Shown here in pieces: positions 1 through 9,296 of a stretch of 64,000 nt of DNA; position 1 is the stretch's first letter; each line of letters begins with the position of its first letter. The stretch is from NCBI GenBank assembly GCA_043767805.1, contig JAYUGC010000058.1, positions 9,732 through 73,731 of the forward strand, given 5' to 3'. The position numbers and the translations under genes were made by a program. Origin of the DNA: Pseudomonadota bacterium. GTDB taxonomy: Bacteria; Bdellovibrionota; FAC87; UBA2466. Below the pieces are notes generated by a model. That model saw only the letters and a list, made by a program, of their open reading frames with translations. It searched no databases and was not told the origin of the DNA.

Positions 1-446
1 AAGCCGCTGACCAAGACCAAAATGGGGGTTAAGCAAACGATGGCGGCCGCGCGGCCTGCGAACTCGGAGGAGAAATAACTTTTCCCGAGGCGCACCATCA
101 GGACCGCGGGTCCCGCGTCGGCGAGAATCGCCGGAAACCGGATGAGAAACCGAAAGGCATGAGGGTCGCCGCCCGCCCACGGATAGATCGCCTTCAAATA
201 GACGCTCATCAAGGGCGGGTGGTTATACAAAGGAATGAGGTGGTATACGCGGACCCAATCCGCTTGATGAATGGTGTCCATGAAGAGCTGCCACGAAACG
301 ATGTCGTTCGTGCCGACCGTGGTGAGGGCGAGCGTCAGCCGGAGCGCGAGCCCCAAGAATATCCAGACCCAGACCACGCGCTCGGGACGGGCGATGATGG
401 CGGCGGAAACCGCCGGAATCCAAGCTCTTATCCCAGCCTGTTGCAT
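1..446 (-). CDS. GT-C-fold membrane glycosyltransferase (GT87/PIG-M-like), partial; runs off the window start
   Basis: Not in the ORF track. Manual translation from ATG 446 is stop-free to base 1: MQQAGIRAW...LRLTLALTTVGTNDIVSW...YNHPPLM...IRFPAILADAG...TPILVLVSG. Hydrophobic helices plus GTND and YNHPP motifs are typical of GT-C enzymes. Confidence 0.65.
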   Translation of the reverse strand, partial: MQQAGIRAWIPAVSAAIIARPERVVWVWIFLGLALRLTLALTTVGTNDIVSWQLFMDTIHQADWVRVYHLIPLYNHPPLMSVYLKAIYPWAGGDPHAFRFLIRFPAILADAGPAVLMVRLGKSYFSSEFAGRAAAIVCLTPILVLVSG

Positions 447-633
447 GGGTTGAGGTTTCCCATACTCCAGCGCCCGAGACAACGACAGGGAAGCCAAAAA
501 GCGACGTTTTTCGGCTGTCTGGAGCCGCTCGAGGGCCTTTCCGGGCCGTTCCGAAGGCCCTACCGCACCGTTTCAAGCCCAATCTCCACTGGCCTAGAAG
601 TTGTAGTAGCTCGCCGTCGGGAGGAGAAGACGA

Positions 634-1632
634 GTGAAATCTGTTACCCATTCTGATGATAGGTCTTTGATGGATAGGCTTTTGGGAACCAGCGCGCCAG
701 CGCCGGTCTCGACGGCGTCCTTGGGCTTTCCCGAAATCGTACGGAGGTCCATCATTCCGCGCCGAGCGGTGTGGCGGAGCCGGTTGCTTTCGAGCCAGCC
801 CTTGCACACGAAAGCGGATCCCGCCGCGCGTATCCTCCAAATTTTGACGGATCTTTCCGATCCGCACAGCGCTTTGGCCAAACAGCTTAATCGCTACCTG
901 ATAGAGCAAAGAGAGCTCGCGGGTGGAGGCGTCTGGGCCAGGTACTTTGAAAGTTACGATACTCTCGTGGCTTTCTCGGAGCCTTACCGGTCGATGCTGC
1001 GGTTCGCGGACGAGCATATGCCCAACGGCGATGCGACCATCCTCGATATCGGCGCGGCCACGCTGAACATTTCGCTGTTCTTGATTTTGAAAGACGGTAA
1101 ACGGCGTCTAGTCGCCGTGGATCCTTCTCGCAGCGGCATGATCATCGGCAGAAAGAAGATCGAGCTCGCGGCCGGCCCGGAGCGCATCACGCGCCACCGT
1201 GCTTTCGCCAGCAGCATTCTCGATCCGCTCTTTCCTGCGAGCCAAGTTGAAGGCGCCATCGTGACCAACTTACTCGGCAATATCCCCGAGCGTAAGGCGG
1301 TCTTTCACCGTCTCATGTCGCTCACGAAGCCCGGGGCTTCTTTAGTGACGTTCGAGCCCACGCACCGGTTCCGGGACGTGGAACGGATGAAACGCTTCTT
1401 ACTCGATCTCGCGCTCAGCGCGGCGGCGAACCATTCGCCGGTGAACGAGTTCGATCTCGCTCTTGTCGGCGCGGTCCATCTCGAAACGTTCACCACGCCG
1501 CTCTACTCCGGTCCCACTCTGCTTCCGTCTCGGGAGCTCGAAACGGGAGCGGTCAACGCGGGCTTCACGATTGAAGCGAGCAAGGCGTACTTCTCCGGCA
1601 TGGTCCGGGCGCTCGCGCTCAAACGGCCCTAA
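634..1632 (+). CDS. Class I SAM-dependent methyltransferase domain protein
   Basis: 332-aa ORF with degenerate motif I (ILDIGAAT), post-I motif LVAVDPS, and LTKPGASLV resembling the LKPGG motif. Confidence 0.6.
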   Translation: MKSVTHSDDRSLMDRLLGTSAPAPVSTASLGFPEIVRRSIIPRRAVWRSRLLSSQPLHTKADPAARILQILTDLSDPHSALAKQLNRYLIEQRELAGGGVWARYFESYDTLVAFSEPYRSMLRFADEHMPNGDATILDIGAATLNISLFLILKDGKRRLVAVDPSRSGMIIGRKKIELAAGPERITRHRAFASSILDPLFPASQVEGAIVTNLLGNIPERKAVFHRLMSLTKPGASLVTFEPTHRFRDVERMKRFLLDLALSAAANHSPVNEFDLALVGAVHLETFTTPLYSGPTLLPSRELETGAVNAGFTIEASKAYFSGMVRALALKRP

Positions 1633-1660
1633 GCGCACGCCTCTAAGAGTATTCAACATG

Positions 1661-1737
1661 AGAAAAAGCCCACTTCCTGGCATTCATCGTTCAAGCTTCG
1701 CTTGAACGATGATGGCGGAAGTGGGCTTTTCTTTTTC
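1661..1737. terminator. Long bidirectional intrinsic terminator between convergent genes
   Basis: AAAAGCCCACTTCC..CATCGTTCAAG-loop-CTTGAACGATG..GGAAGTGGGCTTTT, with an A-tract on the left and a T-tract on the right. Confidence 0.75.
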
Positions 1738-1739
1738 TA

Positions 1740-2426
1740 TTACTCGCCGATGTAGATCTTGAAGGTGCCGGCCGGAGTCATATTTTCCCGGAACTCCACT
1801 GCCACGGGGCCGACGCCGCGCGCGTAGTAGACTTTCATTTCCGAGTCCGAGCGATTCGCAGTCGCTTTCTTGAAGACCACTTCCATGGCCTCCTTGTAGC
1901 TCACCGTTTTAGAGGCGGTACCGCCCTGAAAATCGACGATGGCCGCTTCCGGCCGCCCGTAGACTTCGTTCGCGGTTTTAGAGACCTGGTTCGGATCCGA
2001 GAAGGCCACCCGATTCACTAGCTCCAAGTACTCGCCGATGTCCCAGAGAGAATGATCCGCATTAGAGTTCAGCGTCATTCCCGGAGGAAGGAGCAGCTGA
2101 CCGGTCGGATTTTCCTTCTGCTTGAACCAGAAGCGCCCTTCTTTCTTTACGATGGTGCCCGAAGCTTGCCCCGCTTCTCCGCCCACCCCGTAGGACGCCG
2201 AGTACAAGACTCGCATGCCTTCCTTGAGGTTGACCGAGTAGTAGTAGCTATTTTGGGCGGCGTAGGAACGCAGCTCGCTCGCCGTTTGGAGAACGACGGG
2301 CTTACGGTTCGTTACGTCGATTTTCACGGGCTGAGGCGCACCGGAGGCGTCGATGGGATTTACCACATCGCCGTAGCCGGTAGCCGTCGCCGCGAGTAAG
2401 GCCAAGCCAATCCATTTCATATTCAT
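1740..2426 (-). CDS. Secreted hypothetical protein
   Basis: AAGGAG RBS before ATG 2426 and signal peptide MNMKWIGLALLAATATG; lies immediately downstream of 2437-3585. Confidence 0.75.
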   Translation of the reverse strand: MNMKWIGLALLAATATGYGDVVNPIDASGAPQPVKIDVTNRKPVVLQTASELRSYAAQNSYYYSVNLKEGMRVLYSASYGVGGEAGQASGTIVKKEGRFWFKQKENPTGQLLLPPGMTLNSNADHSLWDIGEYLELVNRVAFSDPNQVSKTANEVYGRPEAAIVDFQGGTASKTVSYKEAMEVVFKKATANRSDSEMKVYYARGVGPVAVEFRENMTPAGTFKIYIGE

Positions 2427-2436
2427 GGTCGTCTCC

Positions 2437-3585
2437 TTAGCGAGTAGCGTTGAGGTTGCGGCGTTGCTTGAACCAGACGTCACCGACGAGATGCTCTCGC
2501 CCGTCGACACCCGTGTACTTACTCACCAGGCGGATTTCGTTGTCCTCGGTGAGGGCGACGTTTTTCACGGTCTGGTAAACGAGACTGAACTCCTTTACGT
2601 ATTGCGACGCGGGAGCGGTTTCGTTCGGCGTGCAGGCGCCGTCTTGGTTGAGATCGCGCCAGACTTTGAGTCCGTCGGTGGCTTTCACCACGAGCTTATT
2701 GCTTCCGGCTTTAGCGAACTGGCTCTCGAGGGCGTTGAAGCCGTTCTCGAAAGTGCGCTTGCCGTTGGTGGTGCCGGTGAACTCGCCGAAAAGCTGCGCG
2801 CCTGAAGTAACACAAGCCGATATTCTGCCGTCGAAGAGAAGTCCGTCCGCGGGTTTCACCCAGCCGGTCCGTACTTTCTCGCCGGTGCCGGAGAGATCGA
2901 ACGAAACGCCGGGTCCTTCGGCCCAGACGTTTACGAGATCGAGCTGACCGTTACCATTGAGATCGAGAACGAGCGGCGACTGATAGTCTTTGAACGCCTT
3001 GCCGGGGGCCGCGAAGCCGTAGGCCGGGTGAAAGACCGCGAGAGAGAGCTGCTGCGAAGAGCCGCCCTCGCCCGTGTCGCCCGAGTATTTGGTGATCTGA
3101 ACGTTGCCGTTCGCGACCTTGAACTCGATGGGCTTATCGATCCACTGAAACGGACGCTCGGGATGAATGTTGCCGGAGAGATTTTTGCATTCCGTGTTGT
3201 GGAGACTGGCGGTGGGATCCTTCGCCATGCAGATGGACAGTTTTCCTTTGTAGGTGCCCGACATGACGCCGGAGCTGATGCCCGGATAGGACTCTTCCAT
3301 GTCGAGAGTGAGGATCAGTTTTCCATAAGCGGAACCTTGACTCGCGTCATCGCTCCGGCCGCGAATCACCGCATCCATATTCATCTGACCGCCGGCGATG
3401 AAATCGCCGTCGACGCTGCGAATGATGGCCCGGAAGCCTGGGTTCGTCGCTTGATAGCCCGACGCCATATTACTGAACGGCGTAACGGGGATCTCGAGCG
3501 TGTTGTAACTAATGAGCGGGATCACAGCGGCCCGGGCTATGCCTGCGGTCAGCATTAGCAGGGCGGCAATACGTGAGGCACGCAT
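2437..3585 (-). CDS. Secreted protein with C-terminal calcium-binding-like 'PLVLDLNGNG' domain (as in RTX/hemolysin-associated proteins)
   Basis: Signal peptide and AAGGAG RBS; motifs SPLVLDLNGNG, FDLSGTG, GWVKPADGLL, LFGE, NGFNAL, LKVWRDLNQDG. Confidence 0.75.
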   Translation of the reverse strand: MRASRIAALLMLTAGIARAAVIPLISYNTLEIPVTPFSNMASGYQATNPGFRAIIRSVDGDFIAGGQMNMDAVIRGRSDDASQGSAYGKLILTLDMEESYPGISSGVMSGTYKGKLSICMAKDPTASLHNTECKNLSGNIHPERPFQWIDKPIEFKVANGNVQITKYSGDTGEGGSSQQLSLAVFHPAYGFAAPGKAFKDYQSPLVLDLNGNGQLDLVNVWAEGPGVSFDLSGTGEKVRTGWVKPADGLLFDGRISACVTSGAQLFGEFTGTTNGKRTFENGFNALESQFAKAGSNKLVVKATDGLKVWRDLNQDGACTPNETAPASQYVKEFSLVYQTVKNVALTEDNEIRLVSKYTGVDGREHLVGDVWFKQRRNLNATR

Positions 3586-3697
3586 GTCGTCTCTCTCCTT
3601 GTAAGTGGGAAAAGTAGGTACTCTTTAAGCTTCGGGGATCTCGCTCCATCGAATGATGACCAATCTCCGACTCCGTTATCGCCCGCTAACCGCCAAA

Positions 3698-3798
3698 ATC
3701 CCAAAAGGGGTCAGCCGCCATTTGGTACCAAAAGGTACGCGAGCGCGGTTTTGCTCTGGCACTTTTTGGTACCAAATGGCGGCTGACCCCTTTGGGAT
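3698..3798. repeat. 30-bp perfect inverted repeat with 30-bp spacer (REP/MITE-like)
   Basis: AAAGGGGTCAGCCGCCATTTGGTACCAAAA (3704-3733) is the exact reverse complement of 3764-3793; each arm contains the palindrome TTTGGTACCAAA. Confidence 0.85.
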
Positions 3799-3819
3799 GA
3801 CTCCGTTTTTTCGAATGAA

Positions 3820-4149
3820 ATGATTCCAAAGGGTTCACTTTTGCGGAACCTCGATCTTGGCTCTATTGGGACCATGAGAACGAATCTCGCGGCCTCGGCT
3901 CCTCATCCCATTTATGGCTTGGCGCTCCACTCGGTTTCCATCCGAGAGGGGACTCTCGGGGTCGTCCGGGATGACCTGCTTTTCGGAGGCACCAAGCAAA
4001 GAGTTTGGACTCGATCTCCGGAATCCTTTTACGAGCCAGCCAGTTTTTGTCCCCCGGTGTCGTCTAACGTTCATTACGATGCGAAGCTCTGGCGCTACCT
4101 CTGGTCTGAAGCGCAAGACGGAGACTTATGGTGGAACATCGCGAGATAG
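3820..4149 (+). pseudogene. Internally deleted remnant of a fold-type-II PLP enzyme (ACC deaminase/D-cysteine desulfhydrase-like)
   Basis: The N-terminal PLP-lysine motif VVRDDLLFGGTKQR is joined almost directly to C-terminal-type motifs PPVSSNVHYDAKLW and DLWWNIA; the middle of the domain is missing. Confidence 0.55.
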
Positions 4150-4154
4150 AATGG

Positions 4155-4183
4155 GGCGTGGGAGGGGCATCCCCTCCCACGCC
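4155..4183. terminator. GC-rich hairpin between convergent ORFs
   Basis: GGCGTGGGAGGGG-CAT-CCCCTCCCACGCC forms a 13-bp perfect stem; the U-tract is weak. Confidence 0.55.
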
Positions 4184-4189
4184 TATGGT

Positions 4190-4531
4190 TTAATGGCGTT
4201 GGGGCTCGCAAGCGTAGAGGGCTTCGTCGTCGTCCGTCGAAGTACGGACGTAGCCACCTTCATCTCCCTGGATCAGGGTCTCATCGATCGAGGCGCTCAC
4301 TTCGTCGGCGACTTCGCACGCGTCCCCCGAAAGCTCTCCCTCGTCGGCTTCGCATTGTCCGATGCTGTCCGAGCTGAGCACCACCGCTTCTTCTCCCGAA
4401 ACGAGGGAAAATCTTTCGCCGAGCAAGGCCGTTTCTTCGTCGGAGTTTTGCGTGCAGACGTAGCTAGACTCCGACGCAAACGCGGGACTCAACCAGAGGA
4501 CGCTGACTAAGAACAGAGTTTTGTAGTTCAT
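4190..4531 (-). CDS. Small secreted acidic, Cys-containing protein
   Basis: Signal peptide MNYKTLFLVSVLWLSPAFA; four Cys; D/E-rich. Confidence 0.7.
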   Translation of the reverse strand: MNYKTLFLVSVLWLSPAFASESSYVCTQNSDEETALLGERFSLVSGEEAVVLSSDSIGQCEADEGELSGDACEVADEVSASIDETLIQGDEGGYVRTSTDDDEALYACEPQRH

Positions 4532-4645
4532 TTGATGGGCCTTTTCTACGGCTCGTTCGGGAGAGATCCACCATGACCTCTTCGCGAAATCGAGCGTTGC
4601 TATCGTTATAAATTACGCTTTTTTCCCGAGGGGAAAGCACTGCAA

Positions 4646-4679
4646 TGCTGAATGGCGGAAATACCTTGCTGGATGGCGG
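4646..4679. promoter_or_regulatory. Putative LytTR-family operator (tandem direct repeat, 21-bp period)
   Basis: TGCTGAATGGCGG (4646-4658) and TGCTGGATGGCGG (4667-4679), in the divergent gap next to a LytS/LytTR pair. Confidence 0.6.
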
Positions 4680-4732
4680 GAAGCGGCGACTTGCGCATTG
4701 GGTTGGGGGAGGCCACGTGCTAGAAATACCCC

Positions 4733-5755
4733 ATGAAGCGAGCCGCCTTTTCTCTTCCTCCCATCTGGCACCGGGCTGCCGTGATCGGGTTTGGCATGGC
4801 GCTTCTCTGGTTCATCGGAGACTTCAGCGATTTCGAGACGGAAAGTTTTCCCCGCTGGACTCTCTTTTATTTATCCATGGGGCTATCCACCTCGATCATG
4901 GTGGGCATGGCGCTTTCCCTCCACCAACGGCGGTTTACGCCTTCGGCCGGTCGCAAGGAACTGACCGGCCAGTTCATCGTTACTCTCCTGGCTCTCATTC
5001 CGGGACTTGGAATTCCCGCGCTCGTCGATGGCTACGTCTTCGATGAACCTGTTCTCCTTGCCGACCTCTGGGGCGCCTTTCTTTATGGCGCCATCACCGC
5101 GGCCATGTTCCTCCTGAATTATTCGAACAAGAAAACTCTTCAGGATTTGATGGAGCTGAGAGCGAAAACGGCGGAAGCCAGATACGAAATGTTGAAGGCT
5201 CAGATGCAGCCACATTTTCTCTTCAATTCGTTGAATAGTCTGACCGAGCTCATTGCCCAGGACCCTCCGGCCGCGGAAGGCATGGCTCAGAAACTCTCGG
5301 ACCTCTACAAGCTGATTCTTCAGAACTCGGAGTCCAGAACGGCCACTTTGAGCAGCGAGGTGGCCATAGCCCGTCGTTACCTGGAGATCGAGAGGCTTCG
5401 TTACGAGGACCGTCTTCGGTTTGAGTTTAGCGTTCCACTCGAATCGGAAAAAATCCATTTACCCAGTCTGATGGTGCAGACTCTGGTCGAAAACGCCGTG
5501 AAGCACGGCATTGCGAACGCGGTGGACGGCGGCATGGTTAGTCTCGAAGTCGCCCGGGCGGGGGAGGGCTGGTACCGGCTGCGGCTCACCAATACGGGCG
5601 AGCCATTTCGGGATTGTTCGGGCGGAACGGGGCTGACCAATACGGTGGGGCGTCTGGACTTGTTGTACGGCGATCGCCACGACTTTCGCATTCAGTGCGA
5701 TGAAAGCCAGCGCACGGTAGTGAGCTTTTGTTTTTCAGGAGAAGCCTTTGCCTAA
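4733..5755 (+). CDS. LytS/YehU-family membrane sensor histidine kinase
   Basis: Four TM helices; LKAQMQPHFLFNSLN H-box; VQTLVENAVKHG; GTGLTN. Confidence 0.92.
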   Translation: MKRAAFSLPPIWHRAAVIGFGMALLWFIGDFSDFETESFPRWTLFYLSMGLSTSIMVGMALSLHQRRFTPSAGRKELTGQFIVTLLALIPGLGIPALVDGYVFDEPVLLADLWGAFLYGAITAAMFLLNYSNKKTLQDLMELRAKTAEARYEMLKAQMQPHFLFNSLNSLTELIAQDPPAAEGMAQKLSDLYKLILQNSESRTATLSSEVAIARRYLEIERLRYEDRLRFEFSVPLESEKIHLPSLMVQTLVENAVKHGIANAVDGGMVSLEVARAGEGWYRLRLTNTGEPFRDCSGGTGLTNTVGRLDLLYGDRHDFRIQCDESQRTVVSFCFSGEAFA

Positions 5756-6485
5756 GCGCATTCTCATCGTAGACGACGAGCGCCTGGCCAGGCAGCGAGT
5801 CGCCCGCTTCATCCGCGATCGGAACGAGAATCACGTGCTGGCGGAGGCGAGCCACGGCCTCGATGCTTTGGGGAAAATTCCGCTCTTTCTTCCCGATATC
5901 ATCTTTCTGGATATAGCGATGCCAGGCATGTCTGGTTTTGACCTGCTCTATCAGCTGGAGGAGCGCCCTTTCGTGCTGGTGTTTCAGACGGCCTTCGACA
6001 AGTTCGCCCTCCAGGCTTTTGAGGAGAACGCGTGTGATTATTTGCTGAAGCCTTTTCCGCGAGAGCGGTTCAATAAAGCCTTGGATAGAGCGCTCGCTCG
6101 CTCGCCAAACGGAACGGAACTGGGCGGGGTCGAAAGTCAGGTGTTGGAGAAGCAAACTTACTTGACGAAGATCGCCGTCCGTCACCGCAATCAGCTCAAG
6201 ATTGTGAACGACGCCGAAATTTTCGCTTTCGTCAGCCGGGATCATTACACTTTCGTGTGCACGGAATCGACGGAGTACCTCTGTGAGCTCTCTTTAGCTC
6301 ATTTGGCTAAACGGCTTTCGCCTGAGCGGTTCAAGCAGGTCCATCGCAACGCAATTGTCCGTCTCGACGCCATCCAGTCAGTCTCGCTCGGTGAGGCCAT
6401 GGCGGTGCATTTAGGCAATGGCCTCGCTCTGCCTGTGTCTCGCAGTAACCGCGCTTTGGTGAACAAGCTCCGGATGAGCGTTTAA
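5748..6485 (+). CDS. LytR/AlgR-family response regulator (REC + LytTR)
   Basis: IVDDE, FLDIAMPGMSG, DYLLKP; LytTR motifs FKQVHRNAIV and LPVSRS; overlaps the kinase stop. Confidence 0.93.
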   Translation: MPKRILIVDDERLARQRVARFIRDRNENHVLAEASHGLDALGKIPLFLPDIIFLDIAMPGMSGFDLLYQLEERPFVLVFQTAFDKFALQAFEENACDYLLKPFPRERFNKALDRALARSPNGTELGGVESQVLEKQTYLTKIAVRHRNQLKIVNDAEIFAFVSRDHYTFVCTESTEYLCELSLAHLAKRLSPERFKQVHRNAIVRLDAIQSVSLGEAMAVHLGNGLALPVSRSNRALVNKLRMSV

Positions 6486-6528
6486 CATGATCTTCGAAGC
6501 CTCAGCCATAGCCGCCTCCGAGGACGTT

Positions 6529-6798
6529 CTATGACTCGAAGCGATTCGCCTTTCTCCGCTTTCCGGAGTCAGAGCCTAGATCGCCACGGAGCAGACTCAA
6601 GTAAAGCTGCTCTACTTTCTCTCGGGCCCAAGGAGTGCGTCTTAAAAAGGTGAGGCTGGATTTGAGGCTCGGATCTTTCGTGAAGCAATTTATCTTGATC
6701 CTCCTCCCGAGCTCTTCCCACCCGTATTGGGCTTCGAGCTTCTTGAGAATCTGCTCCAGCGTGATTCCCTCTAAGGGATTTTTCGGATTGCTTGGCAT
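6529..6798 (-). CDS. VF530/DUF2132-family small DNA-binding protein
   Basis: [46 protein letters not shown] signature. Confidence 0.85.
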   Translation of the reverse strand: MPSNPKNPLEGITLEQILKKLEAQYGWEELGRRIKINCFTKDPSLKSSLTFLRRTPWAREKVEQLYLSLLRGDLGSDSGKRRKANRFES

Positions 6799-6996
6799 GC
6801 GGTTGAAGCAATCCTACCTCAGAAGCCGATACCGCAAAGTTTCTTGTTCGGTTCTAGTCTAGACTGCCAAGCGGGAATAATCACAGCACACGCGAAGCAG
6901 TTGCAGTAGGCCAACGGTATTTTATGCGGAACCGATGCGGCAAATAATACCACGAGCTTGGGTAAGAGGCCGCCCGCGTTATGGTATCTTGAGCGA

Positions 6997-7545
6997 ATGA
7001 CGGTCGAAGCGAAAAGCTGGTGGGAAGTGTTCACGCTTTTTGTCATTCCCATCGGAGGCGGCATACCCGCGGGCGTAGTGCTCGCCCGTACTCGCGGCAT
7101 CCCGTGGTTTGGGATGATGTTCCTCTACTTTTTATCCGACGTGCTGCTCGCCTTCGTTTTCGAGCCCATTATGTGGGCGGTCATTTACTGGGGAAAACGC
7201 TCGGTCAAGGTCACTCGCTTTCTGGACGTGCTAAAGGAATCGATGAAACGAACGACGCCTCAGCTGGGCCATGCCTTGGGACCGCTCGGCCTGATCGGAG
7301 TCTCCTTCGGCGTGGATCCCATGACGGGACGGGCGGTAGCCAAAGCCGCGGGACACGGCTTTGGCAGCGGGTGGGCCATCGCCATCACCGGGGATATGAT
7401 TTACTTCTCAATACTCATGGTCTCGACGCTGTGGCTGAACAACGTGTTGGGAGATGGAACGTGGACCACCATCATCATGTTGGGACTCATGCTCACCGTA
7501 CCGGGCCTCATTCGCCGATTTCGCAAGCCTTCCGGGCCGAACTGA
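6997..7545 (+). CDS. Integral membrane protein (small multidrug export-like)
   Basis: IPIGGGIPAGV motif and several TM helices; ATG 6997 chosen within ORF 6958-7545. Confidence 0.65.
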   Translation: MTVEAKSWWEVFTLFVIPIGGGIPAGVVLARTRGIPWFGMMFLYFLSDVLLAFVFEPIMWAVIYWGKRSVKVTRFLDVLKESMKRTTPQLGHALGPLGLIGVSFGVDPMTGRAVAKAAGHGFGSGWAIAITGDMIYFSILMVSTLWLNNVLGDGTWTTIIMLGLMLTVPGLIRRFRKPSGPN

Positions 7546-8251
7546 AGCCGTACGTTTCACGTAAGAGATTGCGCTCCAAATGCCCGAGGTGCATCCGGCC
7601 GACGATCATCACAATCTCGTTTTCCAAATCGCCACGCTCCAAAAGCTCCATCAACCGGGCGGCCATAGTCTCGTTGCGAGTGAAGACGATGCCGGGACCC
7701 ATGAGCCAAAGCGATCGAAGCAGGGAAGAGCGGGCGATGGCCGGCCAAAATAGGCCGAACGCCGCGAGCTGGAGCATGCAGAAAAAGCCCGTCAGATAAA
7801 GCGCCCAAAGCCAAAGGGGAAGTCTCGCGAGGTTGTAGCCCGTCCAGCCCAAGGCCGAGAAGCCGACCGCCATAACGAAAAACGAGAGCAGGATACCGAT
7901 CTCGATTTTTTCCCGCGCGCCAAGCCGGTGCCCTTCCTCCAAGCGATGCAGGCACACCGCCTTTTTCTTGAAGAGGGTCTCGGCTGTGAGGATCGCGCCA
8001 GGCCCGAGCATTCCGAGGCGCACGAGCCCTTTCAGGGGAACGTAAATGAGACCGAGTAGTTTTTCCGGATAGCCCGCCTTATCGACGCCCTCGACCGCGA
8101 TGCATTTGCCCTGACCGAGGAGCGCCCGCACTCGCTGTCTCAAACCAGGCGGCACGATATGGGACTCACCCACCAGGATGAGCGTCGTGCCTCCGCGCCG
8201 GAGCACGATTTGCCGAAAAAAGAGGGGGAAAATGGCACCGGCTAAGTTCAC
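7508..8251 (-). CDS. TraB/GumN-like protein with inserted TM helices
   Basis: LILVGESH, IAVEG, RNETMAARL and IVGRMHL motifs with a central hydrophobic block. Confidence 0.5.
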   Translation of the reverse strand: MNLAGAIFPLFFRQIVLRRGGTTLILVGESHIVPPGLRQRVRALLGQGKCIAVEGVDKAGYPEKLLGLIYVPLKGLVRLGMLGPGAILTAETLFKKKAVCLHRLEEGHRLGAREKIEIGILLSFFVMAVGFSALGWTGYNLARLPLWLWALYLTGFFCMLQLAAFGLFWPAIARSSLLRSLWLMGPGIVFTRNETMAARLMELLERGDLENEIVMIVGRMHLGHLERNLLRETYGFSSARKACEIGE

Positions 8252-8332
8252 TTAACCATTATAGCCACACTTTCCCTCCCACGGGGCCTGTGATACGAAG
8301 CGTTAATCTGTAACTTTTTTTAGGAGTACTTC

Positions 8333-8737
8333 ATGCGCGCTCTTTTCGTACTGCTCGCTTTCGTCGTTGGAATGAACGGCTTCGCCGCCACCAAAGCGGC
8401 TCCCGGCTACCGCATTCACATTTGGGCCTGTTCCAGCGTCGTTAAAGGTTCGGATCACGGTTACTCCGTCTCCGTCGATAACGTCTACGGCCAAGGCGTC
8501 GTGGTTAAGGTTTCCACGCAAAGCATCGTCGGACCTCAGGTCCTCGGCCAATGGGTCGTCAGTGAGTCCGGCTCCGTTCCGGCGCGTCCGTACTACGAGT
8601 ACCTGGACCAAACTACTGCGGGCAAGAGCTTGAAGCTCACGATTACCGACACCGGTAAGGGTAAGTTCATCGCAATTCCCAAAAAGGGCGGACGTCACGC
8701 CGGACAGCTTACTTGCTACCGCACCCGTTCCTTGTAA
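8333..8737 (+). CDS. Secreted hypothetical protein
   Basis: AGGAG RBS, signal peptide, a Cys pair, and a downstream terminator. Confidence 0.75.
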   Translation: MRALFVLLAFVVGMNGFAATKAAPGYRIHIWACSSVVKGSDHGYSVSVDNVYGQGVVVKVSTQSIVGPQVLGQWVVSESGSVPARPYYEYLDQTTAGKSLKLTITDTGKGKFIAIPKKGGRHAGQLTCYRTRSL

Positions 8738-8750
8738 AAGCCTTTCTAGG

Positions 8751-8790
8751 GGGCGCTTCTTCCTAACGGAAGAGGCGCCCTTTTATTTTT
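8751..8790 (+). terminator. Intrinsic terminator
   Basis: GGGCGCTTCTTCC-TAAC-GGAAGAGGCGCCC followed by TTTTATTTTT. Confidence 0.8.
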
Positions 8791-8821
8791 GTCGATGGTT
8801 TATTTGTAGTATTTCGCGCGC

Positions 8822-9094
8822 ATGTCCGCCAATTCCGGGAGAGCGATTTCAGGATTTCTTTTACGTTGGAAAGAAAAAGAGTCCCTGCCGCCTCCGGCTC
8901 CCAAATCGACGGAAGCGGGCTTCTCTCTCGTGTCCGCGCTCATTGCCCTGGCCATTACGGCAATGGGCATGGTGGCGGCCCAACGCGTGCACACGCTGAC
9001 TTTTAGAGGTAGCTCGCACGCGGATTTGAGAGGCGGGATTCGCAGTCTTTCCGACTCGCTCAAGCCGATGAACACCCAAGCCACGGTCCGCTGA
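8822..9094 (+). pseudogene. Degenerate or truncated type IV prepilin-like ORF
   Basis: AG^FSLVSALIALAITAMGMVAA resembles a prepilin cleavage/methylation site but has S in place of E at +5, and the ORF stops early. Confidence 0.4.
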
Positions 9095-9296
9095 TTAAGA
9101 ACCTTCTGCCGGTTACCGCCCACATCGCCGTTGCGAGTGCGTCCAAAACCTTTCGGCCCGAAGGCTCCAGAAGAAATCCCGATGACCCGATGTTTGCGGT
9201 TAACCACGTGTCCGCAAAACTTCGAGCCGATCTTAGCGTCGAACGCCTCCAAGCCTCACCTCGACCTGTACCTCGCCTACCACAACGGTTTAGCGC

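Noticed and set aside
159..1017. Track ORFs 159-656(+) and 223-1017(-)
   Set aside because: They overlap the better-supported partial GT-C gene and the methyltransferase, and have Arg/Pro-rich non-protein-like composition.
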